NCBI GenBank assembly: GCA_051294905.1
Contig: CM119376.1
Span: 18,104,001-18,168,000 of the forward strand
Length of the DNA: 64,000 nt
Direction: 5' to 3'
Source of the DNA: Botryllus schlosseri
Taxonomy: Eukaryota
Every line of letters starts with the position of its first letter. Position 1 is the first letter of the stretch. The notes beneath the pieces are model-generated. The model was not told where the DNA came from and searched no databases. It was given only the letters and a program-made list of their open reading frames with translations. Below, in pieces: positions 33,601 through 48,600 of this stretch. A program made the translations under genes and the position numbers.

Positions 33601-36600
33601 AAATAATGTGTCTTGTAATGCAACACATGTATTGTATATCCACAATCGACGTAATGTAAATACTTCAACGGGTATGAAAATTCAAATCTTTGGGATGTTG
33701 AGGGTATGCTTTCGGTTTGTATACTCCGCACAGTTAAAACTGCGTTCACCTTGCAAGCATAACCTATCATCAATCTGACTAATTGCGATGATCTCGACAT
33801 GCATGATTCTGATATGTTTGAAGTTGAACAGAGTGGTAATTATCCTTCACACTCTAAGAGTTAGTGTTATCCGTTGATGACCAGAGATACAGCATGGCGG
33901 AGGTTTTATTAATCACTAATGTATTCTGACTACACGGTAAATCATTACTCGCAACACAATACCCAGAATAGATAACACTTTTCATGTAATAATAAGCACA
34001 GAGAAGTTCACAAATCCAACGTTTCTACTGTCAACCATGTGATAGAACCCACTATTCCTTGTTCACATGATCAGTTTATGTTCTGTAAAAGAAATGAGTT
34101 GGGTGGTCATCCTTTTATGAAGTGATCGAAGAGATACATTGATGAAACAAACGATTACCATCACTTTTTTCACCCTAATCAGATATCAAATCGTAATGAC
34201 CTCTTTCAACGACATCAAAATGCACAAAATAGTTGACAGTACACTGAAAAAACACGACAGTAGCGATGATATCTAATATACTCACATTGCCGTTGCATTC
34301 TCGGCTGTCTTCCTCAGATCCGGTACATCCAGCGTCACCAGGCAGGCCTCCGATACAAATTCTTCCCCGCGTTTGCACGCCGCCGCCACACGTCACAGTG
34401 CATCGTGTCCATGCAAGCCATGTCGCCCACTGGCCGCAAATCTTAAATTCAAAGCACATTGCCAGACACAGCGATAGCGCTTTGATGGTCTTACATCGAT
34501 AGACACAATGCCAAGGGCTCGGCGTTATCATTTAGATGAGAAATCAGATAGCCAAAACAGTGGCAAGATATCATTTGAGGACAGACATAGATTTTATTAC
34601 CAAGTCTTATAGTAAGGGTTTCCATTCCGTTATTATTTCTCAAATTTGTGCTTACTACATTATCCTAGTTTCTCAGATACATCCTTATTTTGCACCTATT
34701 TGCGGCAAGTTTGTGTTTATTTTCGGCAATGAGGCTGTGATTTCCTTTAGTCATCAGCTTAACAAACAGCCATGTGGAGGTCCGCTATTTTTAGATTAGG
34801 ACACAGCAAAAGCGTGTTGACCATTCTTTAATTATCAGTTTTCTGACTTCGTGGCTTTGTTTGGCTGTGCTTATTATATGTTCACGTCGATAGCAACCCT
34901 GCTTATACTACCTACATATAATAGCTGAAAAATGCCTGGTTGTGGATGTTTGTGGTATTCATGGTGTTTTTCGACTACAATTGTCATTTACACCATGCCA
35001 ATATTGTTTTTTTATCATTCCACATTTGCTGGCTGTAGACTTTGGAAGGAATTATGCAGTTGAACTCGACTAGAACCCGCAACCTATTGGTGTTGCAACT
35101 GCGGATGATACCACTACGCTAACTTGCCAGTTAGCTAATCATTGTAATCAAGTTCAACATCGTTAAATTTACGGTGATACGCCATCAATCTGAATAATCA
35201 CCTGCTGGTTGCAGCTGATCGACTGACTCTCGGGGCCGTCGCATCCGATGTCGCCTGGATTCCCGTTGATGCAAATGCGGTCCCGCACGTTGAAGCCTCC
35301 GCCGCACGTGACGCTGCAACCGCTCCATTGCGACCACTGTCCGTACTCGGGACAGAGGTCCTCCTACAGTGGACAAGAGACACGGATAATAAAATAACAA
35401 AGGGACTCTTGGAACTACAGAACTTCAATATAAAATTGAATATTATATTCATATTGAACGAAATCTGAAAATTTATGGGCGACACTCGTCACTTGCAATC
35501 GTCAGTTACAAGTAGTGAATTCAAAAGACCTTTATTCGGAAATACCTGGGTTTATTTCAACACGAGTACAATTCGAATTACAGAAACTAAAAAATAGTAG
35601 GTTCGTACTTCGCTGCCACAATCGCCTGTATCTTTGCTTGAACCTTCACATCCTAAGGAGCCTGGTTCTCCGCCTAGACACTGCCTGACTCGCTCGTAGG
35701 TGCCGACGCCGCAAGTGACAGAGCACGTACTCCATACTCCCCACTCCGACCACGATCTGCAAGACTGCGCAATTTCGAGAGTATTATTTCGAGTTTTTCC
35801 GGCGTTTTTTCGTTCAAATTACCTGCGTGTTGCAAGCCAACGTCTGTTCGGATACACCGATGCAACCGGCATCTCCGATTTCGCCGTTGACACACACTCG
35901 AGTCCTGCTGCGTTCGCCACCACCGCAAGGAGCAGAGCATCCTCCGTAGTCGCCCCACTTGCTCCAGTACGGGCAGGCCTGGTCAAGATTAATGTCAGTG
36001 GGTAAGCAGAGACCATGATCACAAGAGGTGACCAGTGACAAAGTAGTTGTTGACTTTGCCTACTTAGTCAAGAGATTGTGTCGCTTTCACTACTACTTAA
36101 ACAGATTCTCAGTAAACACTGCTACATATAAGATTTTGGCAAGTAGAATGTATATTTTGGGTAAGTTTGCCTCGTTCTTGTGTCTGAATTCGTCATAATT
36201 ACCACGTGAATTAGCCATCACAGTAACTGCTGGTCATAATTACCACGTGAATTAGCCATCACAGTAACTGCTGAATAAGTTGTCGAAGATTGCACCGATT
36301 TGTAGTGTCGTTAATCATCTTGCCTTAGTTGTGAAGATACATCTTGCAATTTCAGAAGCAGCCATCACAGATTACCTACCTAAAGATACATGAACCCTAG
36401 ACCTAATCTAGTTTTCAAAACGGTGCTCTTCAGATTTGGCGTTTCGGACTTCCACTTGAAGTAGTTTTGACACTCCTTTGAAATCACTACTTCTGCTTGT
36501 ATTTGAGCAGAATTTTATGATGTTATTTTTACTTCTACTCGAGTAGCAATGCTGACTATTTTGACCATCTCTGATTATAATCATTCATCATCACCACGAT

Positions 36601-39600
36601 AATCATCGCTATCGTCTCACCTGTAAGTTACACGCTCTCTCGTTTTGAGTCGAGTATTCGCACACGTCATCGCTTATCTGCCTCGTGCACTCTCTGGTTC
36701 TCACTTGTTTTCCGACGCCGCAAGTACGCGAACATTCGCCCCATTGCGACCATTCCGAGATGGCCGGGCAGTCCTAAGAGAAGGCGGTTTAAGACACCGG
36801 TCGCATATGTACAGGACCACCCGTTACTTGTAAGTTCGGACAATCTCGTTGATCTTCCAACGGGCCGACGCAGCCGTCTTCGCCTTGCCTGCCGTGGATA
36901 CAATCTCGGTATCTTATGTTGGTTCCGGTTGTTATGCCATCATAGCAGGTGCGGCTGCAAGCGCTCCATTGCGTCCAGAGGCTCCAGAACGGACAGAACT
37001 GAGTATAAGAGAGATTTTTAAACATTGTGTATTTTGGAACAATGTCCTCATTGGCCTGCCTTGGTCCATGGACGTGGGACATGCTCCAGTTGCACATGTG
37101 GGTTAAAGTTAGGGTTAGATTTACGGCTAGACTTGAGAATTGATTTTGGATTATGGGCTTCTTTGGCAAATAAATTGAGATATTGTCAAACTGTTGTACA
37201 TATTGCTTTGCGTTTGTTGATGATTCATTTTGAAGTGTTCTAGTTTCTTGGTACTCAGGATTTGATAGTGTTTTTGTTTTGATTCTCGGGTATTACTTTG
37301 GACGCTGATGTAGGTGATTCCGTCTTTATAGTACAATACTTCACTTGCTGCATAAACAGGTCTTACCATATTACTCTGCTTTTTGAATTAAACAGATATT
37401 GTCAAGTAAAACAGATGGATCTCAAGCCGTAGACAGAAGGGTACAGATTCGGAACTTAATCATTAAAGTGACATGCTGAAATATCGCATGCTCAACCGTC
37501 AGTCACATATTCAAATGTCGATCAACTGTCTACAGTACCTTTTCGACGCAGACGTCTTGCTCGTCAGCTACACCTTCACATCCGGTGTCTCCTATTTGTC
37601 CGTTGTCACACGACCGCTGCCTCGTCCTGACACCAGACCCGCACGTCACGCTACACGAAGACCACGCTGTCCAACCAGTCCAGGTAGGACACGACTGGCG
37701 AGCAAATAATAACACATAGCATGAAAATTTGTGAAAATTCCGGACATTAACGAAACACATACTTGTGTATTGCACGGTTCCATATCCATGGTCATACCGT
37801 CACAACCGTCGTCTCCGATTTTACCGTTTACGCAACCTCTGTTACGGGTGCGGATACCACTACCGCAAGGCGCATTGCATGCACCCCATTTACCCCACAG
37901 TCCAAATTCAGGGCACGGCTATTGAGTACACACAAAAATATTGACGAAAACACAATTTCTAGCAAACCCGTTTTGTGAGGCACCTACCGCAGGGTTGCAG
38001 AACTCCAGATTGAAAGGTTCGCCTTCGCAACCGGGCTCTCCGGCGATGCCATTGATGCATACGCGACGCTGCACACGGTCTCCACCACCGCAAGAGGCAC
38101 TGCATGGATCCCAGAAGCCCCAGTCCGACCAGTACGCACACGGCTAATAAAACGTTGGTATCAACTGATAGATCTTGATAATGTATTTGAAACGGCACTG
38201 CGCACTAAATAGGGTGAGGTCTCAAATTAAAGTTGAATATGCGTAAAACGTTTTGGTAGTAGATTACTGCTTGGATCAAATATTTTCACGAAAGCTACCA
38301 TTCCAGTCTCTAGATCTCTGTAATATCAATGGGGATGAGTCTTTGCTTCTTGAACTCTTTGCGAAATTTGTGGCACACATTTCTTCACTGTTCGACGCGG
38401 GCAAGGTAGAGAATACATTTTAGCCAATTTCATTAACATATGCATATGGCACTGGCGCCCAGCAGATGATGGTAATCCAGGTATATCTGAGTCCGTTTAG
38501 CGCAGGTACCGTAGACTACGCCTACGACCTGCACAGTTTAGTCATGATATCGACAGACCATTATCTAAACACAGTGAATAACTGTGCGACAAAAATTTAT
38601 CAAAGGGTTTAGATATCACCAAGATCGGTGAACTGGTATGGTACCTTCCGTGAAAAACGTTTAGCTGTAATTCGAATAAGGCGCCTTTGAGGAAAATGGC
38701 CGCTGCCAAAATGTTTTTCATACTCTTAACTCTAATTTGAGACCACACCATATCGAGAGCGCAGTGCTCTGTCGAGACACGTACGTTTCCGTTACAATAT
38801 TCTTCCTGAGAATCTGGCCCGTCGCAACCGATCTGTCCCACCACGCCTCCGTTGCAAGTGCGGCTTCGCATCCTCAGTCCACCGTTGCATGGCTCCGAGC
38901 AGCTGGACCAGTCCTCCCATTCGTCCCAAAACGGACAAGCCTGTGGCGCAAATCACAGCAAATTTGTTTCCGACAAAATCCAGAAAAAGCGCTATGTTGA
39001 CGTACCTGCGTGTTACATTCGGACACGCGAGTGTCTCTACCCTCGCATCCTGTGTCTCCGGGGTTTCCGTTGACACAACGACGGTTCTGTTGACGGCGTC
39101 CTATATCGCAGCTGGCAGAGCACGAAGAGTACTCGCCCCATTCAGACCAGAACGGACACGCCTGAGTGTAATAAAGATGGACATTTATTGCGACGTATTT
39201 AGTCCACTCACAATTGTAGTCGACCAGTGCTCAAGGCATCGTAAGCAGAGATGGTATGTATAGAAGTAACTCTTGCTTTTTTATGTACTACTTAATAAAA
39301 GTGGTTTCAACAGGCTCAAGTTTTTAGACTAATTTCACTTCTAGTTGAACATACTTTTAGTCCAACCTACTGTCTAAGTGCAGTTTGGATACAAGAAGAA
39401 AGTAGCTGTGGGATATGCTTGCATCACTTTTCTAAGTGAAATTGTCATGAATACTTTAGATATTGTCATGACAACTGAGCGAAAGAGCGCCTGTAGCTGA
39501 ATAATCAATATATCTCGTGCACCTATTTGTCGTTTCACGTTAGTCTTGAATTTTGAAAGTGGCCACCTTGGATTACTTGCTACAAGTATGCCAAATTAAC

Positions 39601-42600
39601 TTTTTGAAACTCCGAGTTCTGTTCAGACCTTCATTTACTACTTCTACTTGAAGTAGTTTTATAATTGCTACCTCCGCTTGTAATCGACTAAAAATTTAAA
39701 GTGTCACTACTACTTCTACTCTCACCGTCTTTAGATAAGAAAAGTGTCGTAAACATACCCCCACGATGCACTGCCTGTCTTCCGTAGCCAATCCGAGACA
39801 TCCTTTAACGCCTACGTCGCCTCCGACGCAAGTCCTGGTCCTTGTGCTCACACCTCTACCGCACTGAACACTGCAATCGCTGTATTCACCCCATTGCGAC
39901 CAGGTTGGACAAGCCTTCAAAAGAATTAAATCGTAGAATCTACTCGCGACGTAACAAGAATTACCGATACTTACTTGAACGTTGCAGGACTCGCTTTCAT
40001 CCATGGCACCGTCGCATCCTCCTTCGTAAGGCCTGCCAAAGTCACACGTACGTGACCTGTAGCGCATTCCAGACCCACACGTTTGGGTACAGCCGGTCCA
40101 TGAGGTCCACAGAGCCCACCGCGGGCAAGGCATGGTAGAACACGCGTCGGTCGACTCCATGAGTCCGACGCAGCCTTCTTGTCCGGCATCACCACCGATG
40201 CAGGTCCTGGTCCTTACGTGGACTCCGCCGCCACAGGTGGTAGAGCAGCCACCGGTTATCGACCAGGGACTCCAGTACGGGCAAGCCTGAATCGAATTGA
40301 AGATCACATTAGATTTCATTTTGGTTGGTAGTTCTGAACCAATAGCTTGTGTCGAATATTCTGCCGGTACGGCGAATATATTGCAATTTTATATCGTTAA
40401 TAAAAAATAGTCGGACACTTGTCCATTAACTAGTTATTAGACAAATAAAAATTTGAAATGTATTTTCTGTGCGTTGTGTCGAAATATTGAGTTCAGTGTC
40501 TACTTTGGAATTGGCGTGCGTCACAATGCTGCATGAGCTGTAATAAACAGTTTAAAAGTATATACGTGAAAACTAAGAAGACTTTTTAATTAAAATACGT
40601 TTAATTTCAATAGTACAAATTAGCGACATTTGCATCATGGAGGCTAGCAAACAGTACGGTCATAGTTCTTCCAAAAGAAAACGAGTGATCAAGATCGAGT
40701 TGGCGTTTTTAAAAGGACTTGACCGTGCAGAAATTTCAATAGAACCACGTATAACACGTGTAATATGAAAAAGATCCTGAGGTCCTAGTCATGAGCTAAA
40801 TAAAAGGCCGAGAACCACTGCTTTAGATGGCAGAGTCGTCATTACCTGTCCGTTGCAGAAATCTTCTTCGAAAACTGGTCCGACACACCCTAAATCGCCA
40901 GCGTCACCACCGAGGCATATTCTGGTATGGCTGCGTTTTCCGCCACCGCACGTGACATCGCACGCAGTGAAATCTGACCATTCCGACCATATCGGGCATG
41001 TCTTGAAAAAAAAATATTTGTCACAATCAACCGTCGACGGGTAGTCTGACAAGTGGTCATACCCTGACGTTACAACTGTCGCTTTGCACAGAAACACCTT
41101 CGCATCCGGGGTCACCCTCTTCTCCGTTGACGCAGAATCGTGACCTGGTCCGGCTGCCGTCGTCACCGCAAGTGACGGAGCATCCGCTCCACGACTGCCA
41201 CGTTGTCCAGTACGCGCATTTCTGCCAGACAGAAATTGAGAGTAGCACATGCCAATAACTCATGACTAGAGATAGGCACAATGATTGAAGTACTTGAATC
41301 AGAGTTGAGTATTAATTGTAATGAAGAATCGATTAGTGAGAAACTGCTTTTCGAGTGAGAGTTATACAATTAACGAGAATTTTTGTTTAGCTACTTTCTT
41401 CATGCCGTGGAAGCCTTGAAACCTTGATCGGCATCCAAAACATGTTCCACATGGTAATGCAAGTTGGTGATCGAGTAGAAATACATACGGTTGAAGAAGT
41501 ATCGAATTATTATATTCAATGCTGTGTGTGACTTGGAATATTTCTTGTGCTCCTTAAAAGTTACATATTGGAGCTGTGCAGTACGAGCGATACACGAAGC
41601 ATATTACTCGCTTCTGAATCCAATCACTCAGCTACCACACACGACAAAAAGCTTTGCTAAATATCAATCGGAGTTAACTACAACATAACTCACCGGAGCA
41701 TAGCACACTTCAGTTTGATCGGAGTGTCCCAAACACATGCTGGCTCGGATATTTTCCTCTCCGATTGCGCATCCTCTGGACCTCGACCGTGTACCGGCCC
41801 CACATGTTTCGCTGCATTGTGTCCACGATTCCCACGGTTGCCAGGACGGACATTCCTAGTACAACGGCACAATTGATTCACACACATTTGTTTTGGGAAT
41901 ATAACGAAATGTGTGCTGTTGATGCTAAGTTGTATTTATAAGACCCACGTTCGTGAGTCTTGCACATTCGCGATTAGTCTAGATGTCGTTCAAGCATGGA
42001 TGTGCTACATATGACACAGCCGAGTGCAATTTAGAGATAGCAAAGTTGGCTCTCTTACAATAGTAGAGCAGAGTTCGTTCTCTTGTAAATCTTCGTCACA
42101 GCCTATCTCTCCTGGAATGCCATTCAGGCATTTTCTGGTATGGATTCTAGTTCCGGCACCGCAAGACACACTGCAGGAAGTCCATGTCGACCATATCGTG
42201 TAGACCGGACACGCCTGGAATATAAATAAGATTAAAATGAACCGACTGGACAAGCTAAGTCCGCGGAAGACAGTATGGGGAGTCACACGCAAATTCTTTG
42301 TCATACTAGCATCTGTAGATTAGATGAATAATATTCAAACATTTCCAGATGAGGCTTGAAAAGTCTACACAAACGCTGTCAAATATATATATTAAAAATA
42401 TACATTCAATCTAAACCGGAACAGGCCATGCTCTGTCCAACAGAAGATGCCAGAAAAACAAAAACACATACACAGTAATATAAGTTAGGAGCTATCTGTA
42501 TGCTGATATAGATGAGTGCCGTTGTTATGATACTTAAGAAGTTAAAGAAAAGTCATAACCAAGGACACTGTAAGCAAATATTTGCAAATATACACTAGTG

Positions 42601-45600
42601 GGAACGAGGTATGATGGCACAACTTGACCTGATACAATGTACACAAAAGATGCACCTGGAAATTCTAGATAAAAAGCTGAATTTGAGCGGCCATAATCCT
42701 TACGATGATATCTTCCCCATAAACCATTCCATTGCATAACATGATGCAGGCCCATTTCTACACAACATACCTCTTCGTTGCAGGTGTCACTCTCCATTGT
42801 GTCACCAATACATCCATCATCTCCGACTCTGCCGTCAATGCACAATCTCGTTCGGCTGGTGGTACCACCTTCGCACGTTTGGGTACAAATCGACCACACA
42901 GTCCACGGGGACCATTGCGGGCATGGCTGAAAATCGTACACAAATACAGAATGCAGGAATTATGCCTTTCTGAAAATTGGGGGGCACAACAAAATACGTG
43001 ACCTATCGATGATAAACATCTAGCCCAGGGTTGGCCCAATCCATGAGGTAATTTTTGAAATGACTTATTTTATCAAATTGAGATAAGAAATTGGCACTTT
43101 ACTGACTTTGTATATTGATCTATATCCAGGGTTACATCTAAAGTTCTGAAAATAGCCAGACCACGAAATGTGGGATGTTGAAGACTAGAATAAATTTGAA
43201 AAAAATTTCATTCACATTCAAGTGGCCCATACAATCATTCATAGACCGCATGTGGCTCTTTGACCATAAGGGTTGGAACACCCCGACATAACGGCTGCAG
43301 TATTGTAAATCAAATAAGAACCTGTCCGTTGCAGAATTCCTCATCAAAAGACTGGCCCACGCACGCGCTGTCATCGTCCGCGCCTTCGCAGGACCTGGTC
43401 CTACTTCTGGTGCCGCCCGAACACGTGACACTGCACGAAGTCCAAGAACCCCAGCTCGACCAACTTGGGCACGCCTGCATTTACGACAAGTTTTCACATT
43501 TGCCATCTTAAAAACGCACCACAATTCATACTTGTAGAGAGCATGGTGATATTTCACTGCTGGCACCCTCGCACCCGTCTTCACCAACAGGGCCGTTGAT
43601 ACATTCACGGTTACGGAATTGCACGCCTCCGCCACACGTAGTGGTACAATCGCTGAACGTGCTCCATTGTCCCCAGAATGGGCATCGCTAAACACATAAC
43701 ACGTTGGACGTGTAAACATGATAAACTGAATAGTCGATATTATTATCTTACACCACGGGAGCAAGTCTCAGACTGGTTGTCGTTTCCGATACAACCGATT
43801 GATCCCGCTTCACCGCCAACACACATTCGCATTCTCGTTCTTGATCCCTCGCCACAATCAGCGCTGCATCTTGACCATGTGCCCCAGGCTGCCCAGAAGG
43901 CGCACACCTAAAAAAAGATATCATGTATATCCTGAAAGCTGGCTTGCAGCTATGGTCAGTGTGTTGAGTATTGATTTGCAGGAAAATAAAAGAGCAGTGA
44001 GTTGAAAGGTGGCTCAAATCGCAATATGTATTGAATATATATTATTGTCTATAATTGGTTCAATATGAAGAAAAATAAGGCTGTGCTTTGGTATTGCTCT
44101 GGAAAGCATTAGGAAATCTCTAGTTTTAGAGGCTGTAAGAGTGATGCTTCTTATAGATTCCGATAAATCAACCAGTTAAAGAACAGTCTGCGATTGAGAA
44201 TGGTGATTAAGGGACAAGGAGAAACAAAAATATGGTTCTCCGACTTGACTCTTGATGAATGTCACTCTGAAGATTGGTAGTTAACAATTGAAATTTAAGC
44301 TTACAATGCAATATAATTGAGTCAGCCCTCCGAAATTGACCGGGTGCGCTCCACCGTCGGGGACTTATTGCTACATTTGAACTGGGATCTCATCTTTCTC
44401 TAAATTTATGCTGTATAACGAAAAGCAAAATAAAGCAATTACCGCAGAGCCGCACAACTGTTCCTCGCGATTAGATCCATCGTCACATCCGATTTGACCG
44501 TAGAATCCGCCGATGCACGTTCTTCCGCGTGTTTGAACACCGCCTCCGCAATCTGCGGAGCAAGCGCCCCAATTCGACCATTCCGCCCAGACGGGACACA
44601 CCTGTACACAAAAAAAAACCGATGACTATAATGGAATACACTGAATATGCCCGATGGAGTGATGACGACGTTTTGCATACTCCGTTATGCACAAAGTCTT
44701 ACCGAAGAATTTTAGTAGAACCATTCATGAAGATTATCACAAAACTTTAAATCAACTCCCAAGAAACGAACACCCGATAAAAGATCATGATTGCTTGCTT
44801 TGAGAAATACAGATAAGAAGTGTTACGTGAATAATATTCTCGTACTAGTGCAAAATATATAATTATATATGCGTCGATATTCGCATATTGTCTAATAGAC
44901 AGGCAGACGTAATACAGCAAGTTAACCAGGCCTTTGACATAAACGAAGCCTTGTCAATCGAGGAAGAATACTCAGTGTCATGTTAAGACGATCTCACGTC
45001 AGACCATGAGAAGAATATATGCACAAAAACCTCAGGTCGCACTTTAATAACCTTCAACATAAGCATAATGGGTTGATAAAAAGACTTGTGAAAAAACTCG
45101 GTTCCCATACTTGCGAGTTGCACGGGGCAATCTCGGTGCTAGTGTCGTCACATCCAAGCTGTCCTTCGATACCGTTGATACAGTCTCTGAATCTACGACG
45201 TACGCCGCCACCGCAGGTGGCGCTACACGCTCTCCATGCGGTCCAGCCCGAATAGTACGGACAGGCGCCACCGTTGCATGAGGTCATTTCGAAAATCGAT
45301 CCCTGACAGCCCAACTGCCCAGGGTCGCCGTTGAGGCAGTCCCGCGAACGCTGTCTCACTCCGCCACCGCACGAGACGGAACAGATCGTGAAATTGGACC
45401 AACTGTCCCAGACCGGACAAGGCTGAAGAAAAAATATGCAAAGGTTACGTTCTGGACCAAATTTCTGCGCTTTGTCATCTGTGTATCACCATGAAGTTGC
45501 ACGTGGCGGAATCTGTATCGGAGCCTTCGCAACCCTCGTCGCCAGGTAAGCCGTTTACGCAGCTTCGCTGTCTCAGTTGAGTGCCTCCGCCACATGTTCT

Positions 45601-48600
45601 CGAGCATGATTGCCAAGGCGTCCAGTCTTCCCAGCTGGCGCATTCCTGTCGAGAATTCACGTCGGAATGAGGTCTACATTCTTACGGAGGTAACAATAGG
45701 GTTGGGCAGAATCGAGTACCTGTGTGATTCGATTCTGAGTCAAGTACTAAGCTTTCAGTCGAGTATTTGAGTAACGATTACCAACGTCATAACAGTAATA
45801 ATGGCATGGAACAGTGGTTCCCAAACTGCAGTCCGTGCAGCAGTTTAATAGGTAATATTATAATGACTGCGATTCGACAACAAAGCATTCTTGTATGTAA
45901 TGCTTACTCCATTATTAGTCTTTTGTTAACGAATATTTTGAACATTATAACTGTACTAGTCAAACAAATTATACATAATCTTTTTCAACTGTTTGGGGTT
46001 TGGGTGTGGTTTGGGTCCCACGGCATTCTTTGATTATAATAGGGTTGCAAAATATCAAATTAATTTCAAAGTGTCCGACAGGCAAAATTACAAAGTTAAA
46101 AAATGTAGCCTCAAGGAAAACAATGCCAGATACAGGTCAAAAGTATTTTTGTGTTTCTTGACAATGACTATTTCATGGAGATTCACTATGCTGGAGCACG
46201 ATCACTGCTTCACGGAAATGTTGTTTCCACAAACGTTCCAAGCCTTGTGGTATTATAAAGCCTGCATGTTTGAACATTGTGATACATTCAACCAGGGTTT
46301 GAAGGCTACCTCGGTGAGAAAAAACTCTCGAAACTATATTTCAGGTTGATAAAATAGATCCTAGATTGAAAAGGCGTAATTTTCGTTACATAAAAAATCA
46401 GATCTCAGTACTCGACTCGTATCAATGCAAGTGCTACTCAAATCGGAATCGTTGTGCCCAACCCTACAGAAAGTTCACGTACGCCTTCGTAGCATGTGCG
46501 ATCTTGATCGGCCGGTCCTTGACATTCTCCGAAGCCCTGGACGCAAGTCCTCACTCTGGATTGCGTGCCTCTGCCGCAGTCGGCACTGCATGAAGACCAG
46601 TCGCTCCATACAGTCCAGAAAGAGCAGGTCTGAATACGTCGGAGCTTGTGGTTAGGACTTCTGACAATGAAACTAGGACAGATACACATATTGACATTGA
46701 ATGTACAAATACGATGCCCTCAATTATGCTATAACAAAAAATTCGATAGTCAAGTTGATTTGTGAAGGGAGTCATCCAAATATGTAAATTGGTGACAAAT
46801 GGTGATATAAAATCTACCTATTTTGTAGTAGCGGCAGTTCAAAAGTACCAAGTTAGCTTGTGTCTTATTAAAATATAGGAAAACAATAATTCATCACCAC
46901 GAACAGTTATGAGTATACTCTTCCAGTCAGCATCAAAACTGAGTTTGCATCGCAATTACTAACTTAACAAAACGCAGTATGCCATTATCAAGAAATCTCA
47001 GCATTAATCCAAATGAAGATAACCGGGTAACAGTGTAGCCATGGAGCATCGGTATTTTGAAGTCACCCACCACTTCATTGCAAGCACGGGTCTCTTCTCT
47101 CATGCCCTGACATCCAGTGTACCCAGCAAGGCCACCGAGGCAAGAGCGGCTACGAGATTGCAAGCCGCCGTCACAATCAGCACTGCAAGCGTCCCAATCC
47201 GACCATTGCGCCCATCTTGCGCATGGCTGAAAAGTAAAAATATGTTACGTCATGATAATTATCAAGAGCTCATAAAGTAAGCATGCCAGGCCTAGTTTTG
47301 CCTAAAAACCGTCACGTAGAGATAGAAGTAGTTCAAAATCATAACCACTTGAGTATGTAGCACAAGTGATCAGAATCCAGTGCTTTGGAAAAGTAGAATT
47401 ACTTCGTCACTGAGCAGAGGTGATTAAAGTAGTCATCGTCGGTACTCAAGTAGAGAAATGAAGAAATAAAGTTGTAAATTCAGTCTCAAGTATAAGTAGA
47501 AGTATCAATTTCCAAGTAAGTAAATAAGGAAGTATTCTACGTGGTTACTGAAACATGAAATACGTTATGAATAAATAACTGAATAAATAGTGCAATTGCC
47601 CAAAACCTGGTCCAGCATTTCGAAAATTAGCATTACTTTGTTATTGAACAGTTCTGTATTTACCACAGAATATATAGCGCGAGAGAAAGCTACGCACTTG
47701 CGAATTGCACGGCCTCTGTTCGTCCGCGGGTTCAACCCCACAAGCAAAAGGATCGCCGTCCCCGTTGATGCACACGCGAGTTCGGACACTGAGGCCTCCA
47801 TCGCATGGCTCTGAACATCTGGACCATCTGCTCCAGAACGACCACGAGGCACACGTCTAAACGCGGAGAAGGGTTATGAATCTAGCACGCTCTCGGAGTA
47901 GGCACTCGAGTCAAAGCTTACTCGCAAGTAGCATTCCGCGGTGTCTTCCGTGGCTCCGAAACATCCTGGCTGGCCGACCTGGCCGTGGTCACAAGTTCGT
48001 AAGCGGACGGCTTCTCCCCTGCCGCACGAGACGGAGCAGGTAGACCAGGCGCCCCACGCGCTCCAACCAGCGCAAGGCTGAAAACGAAAAAAGATTTTAG
48101 CATGGGAAAAAAATCATTTATTAACTAAATGACTGAATTACTCGTTAAAAATGTAAAGTCATGAACACTGTCACATCACAAATATTCATCTGTGGCCGGT
48201 TGACATGTTGTCAGACCGTTAACCACAATGAAAGGAATTGCATCGAACAGTTCTCTAGGGCCAAACAACCGAACAAGCATATTGACAACATTAATTCCAT
48301 CTCAAGCCTGCCACTACCGTTATTACTACAACATGGAGTGCCACCTAAGCTTTTAAAACTTCAAATCTTACATTTTCATTACACGACAGGACTTGTTCAA
48401 TATCGCCGATGCAAGATCCCTCTCCCGGGAACCCGTTGACACAAACTCGATTTCTCTTCTGCAATCCTCCGCCGCACGGAGCACTGCACTCGGTATAGTC
48501 AGACCATTGCAGCCAAGCGGGGCATGTCTGCAACGAAAACACAAACCGATTGACACACTCACACAAAACACCAAATCCAAGTCATCGCCGTACCCCCGCA

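Noticed and set aside
37040-37105. Plus-strand [21 protein letters not shown] as an inverted decayed TSR exon
   Set aside because: It needs several frameshifts to fit the TSR pattern, has no splice sites, and runs directly into a ggttagggttag-type repeat; chance or repeat origin is more likely.
37085-37140. Interstitial telomeric repeat (also ~55445-55500)
   Set aside because: Only degenerate TTAGGG-like units inside a short dispersed repeat; not a true array.
40801-40828. Complete MITE ending gagaaccactg at 40820
   Set aside because: Only one terminus is visible; no matching left TIR or TSD was found.
44640-44700. Plus-strand EYARWSDDD resembling a TSR start
   Set aside because: No cysteines in register, wrong strand, no splice signals.
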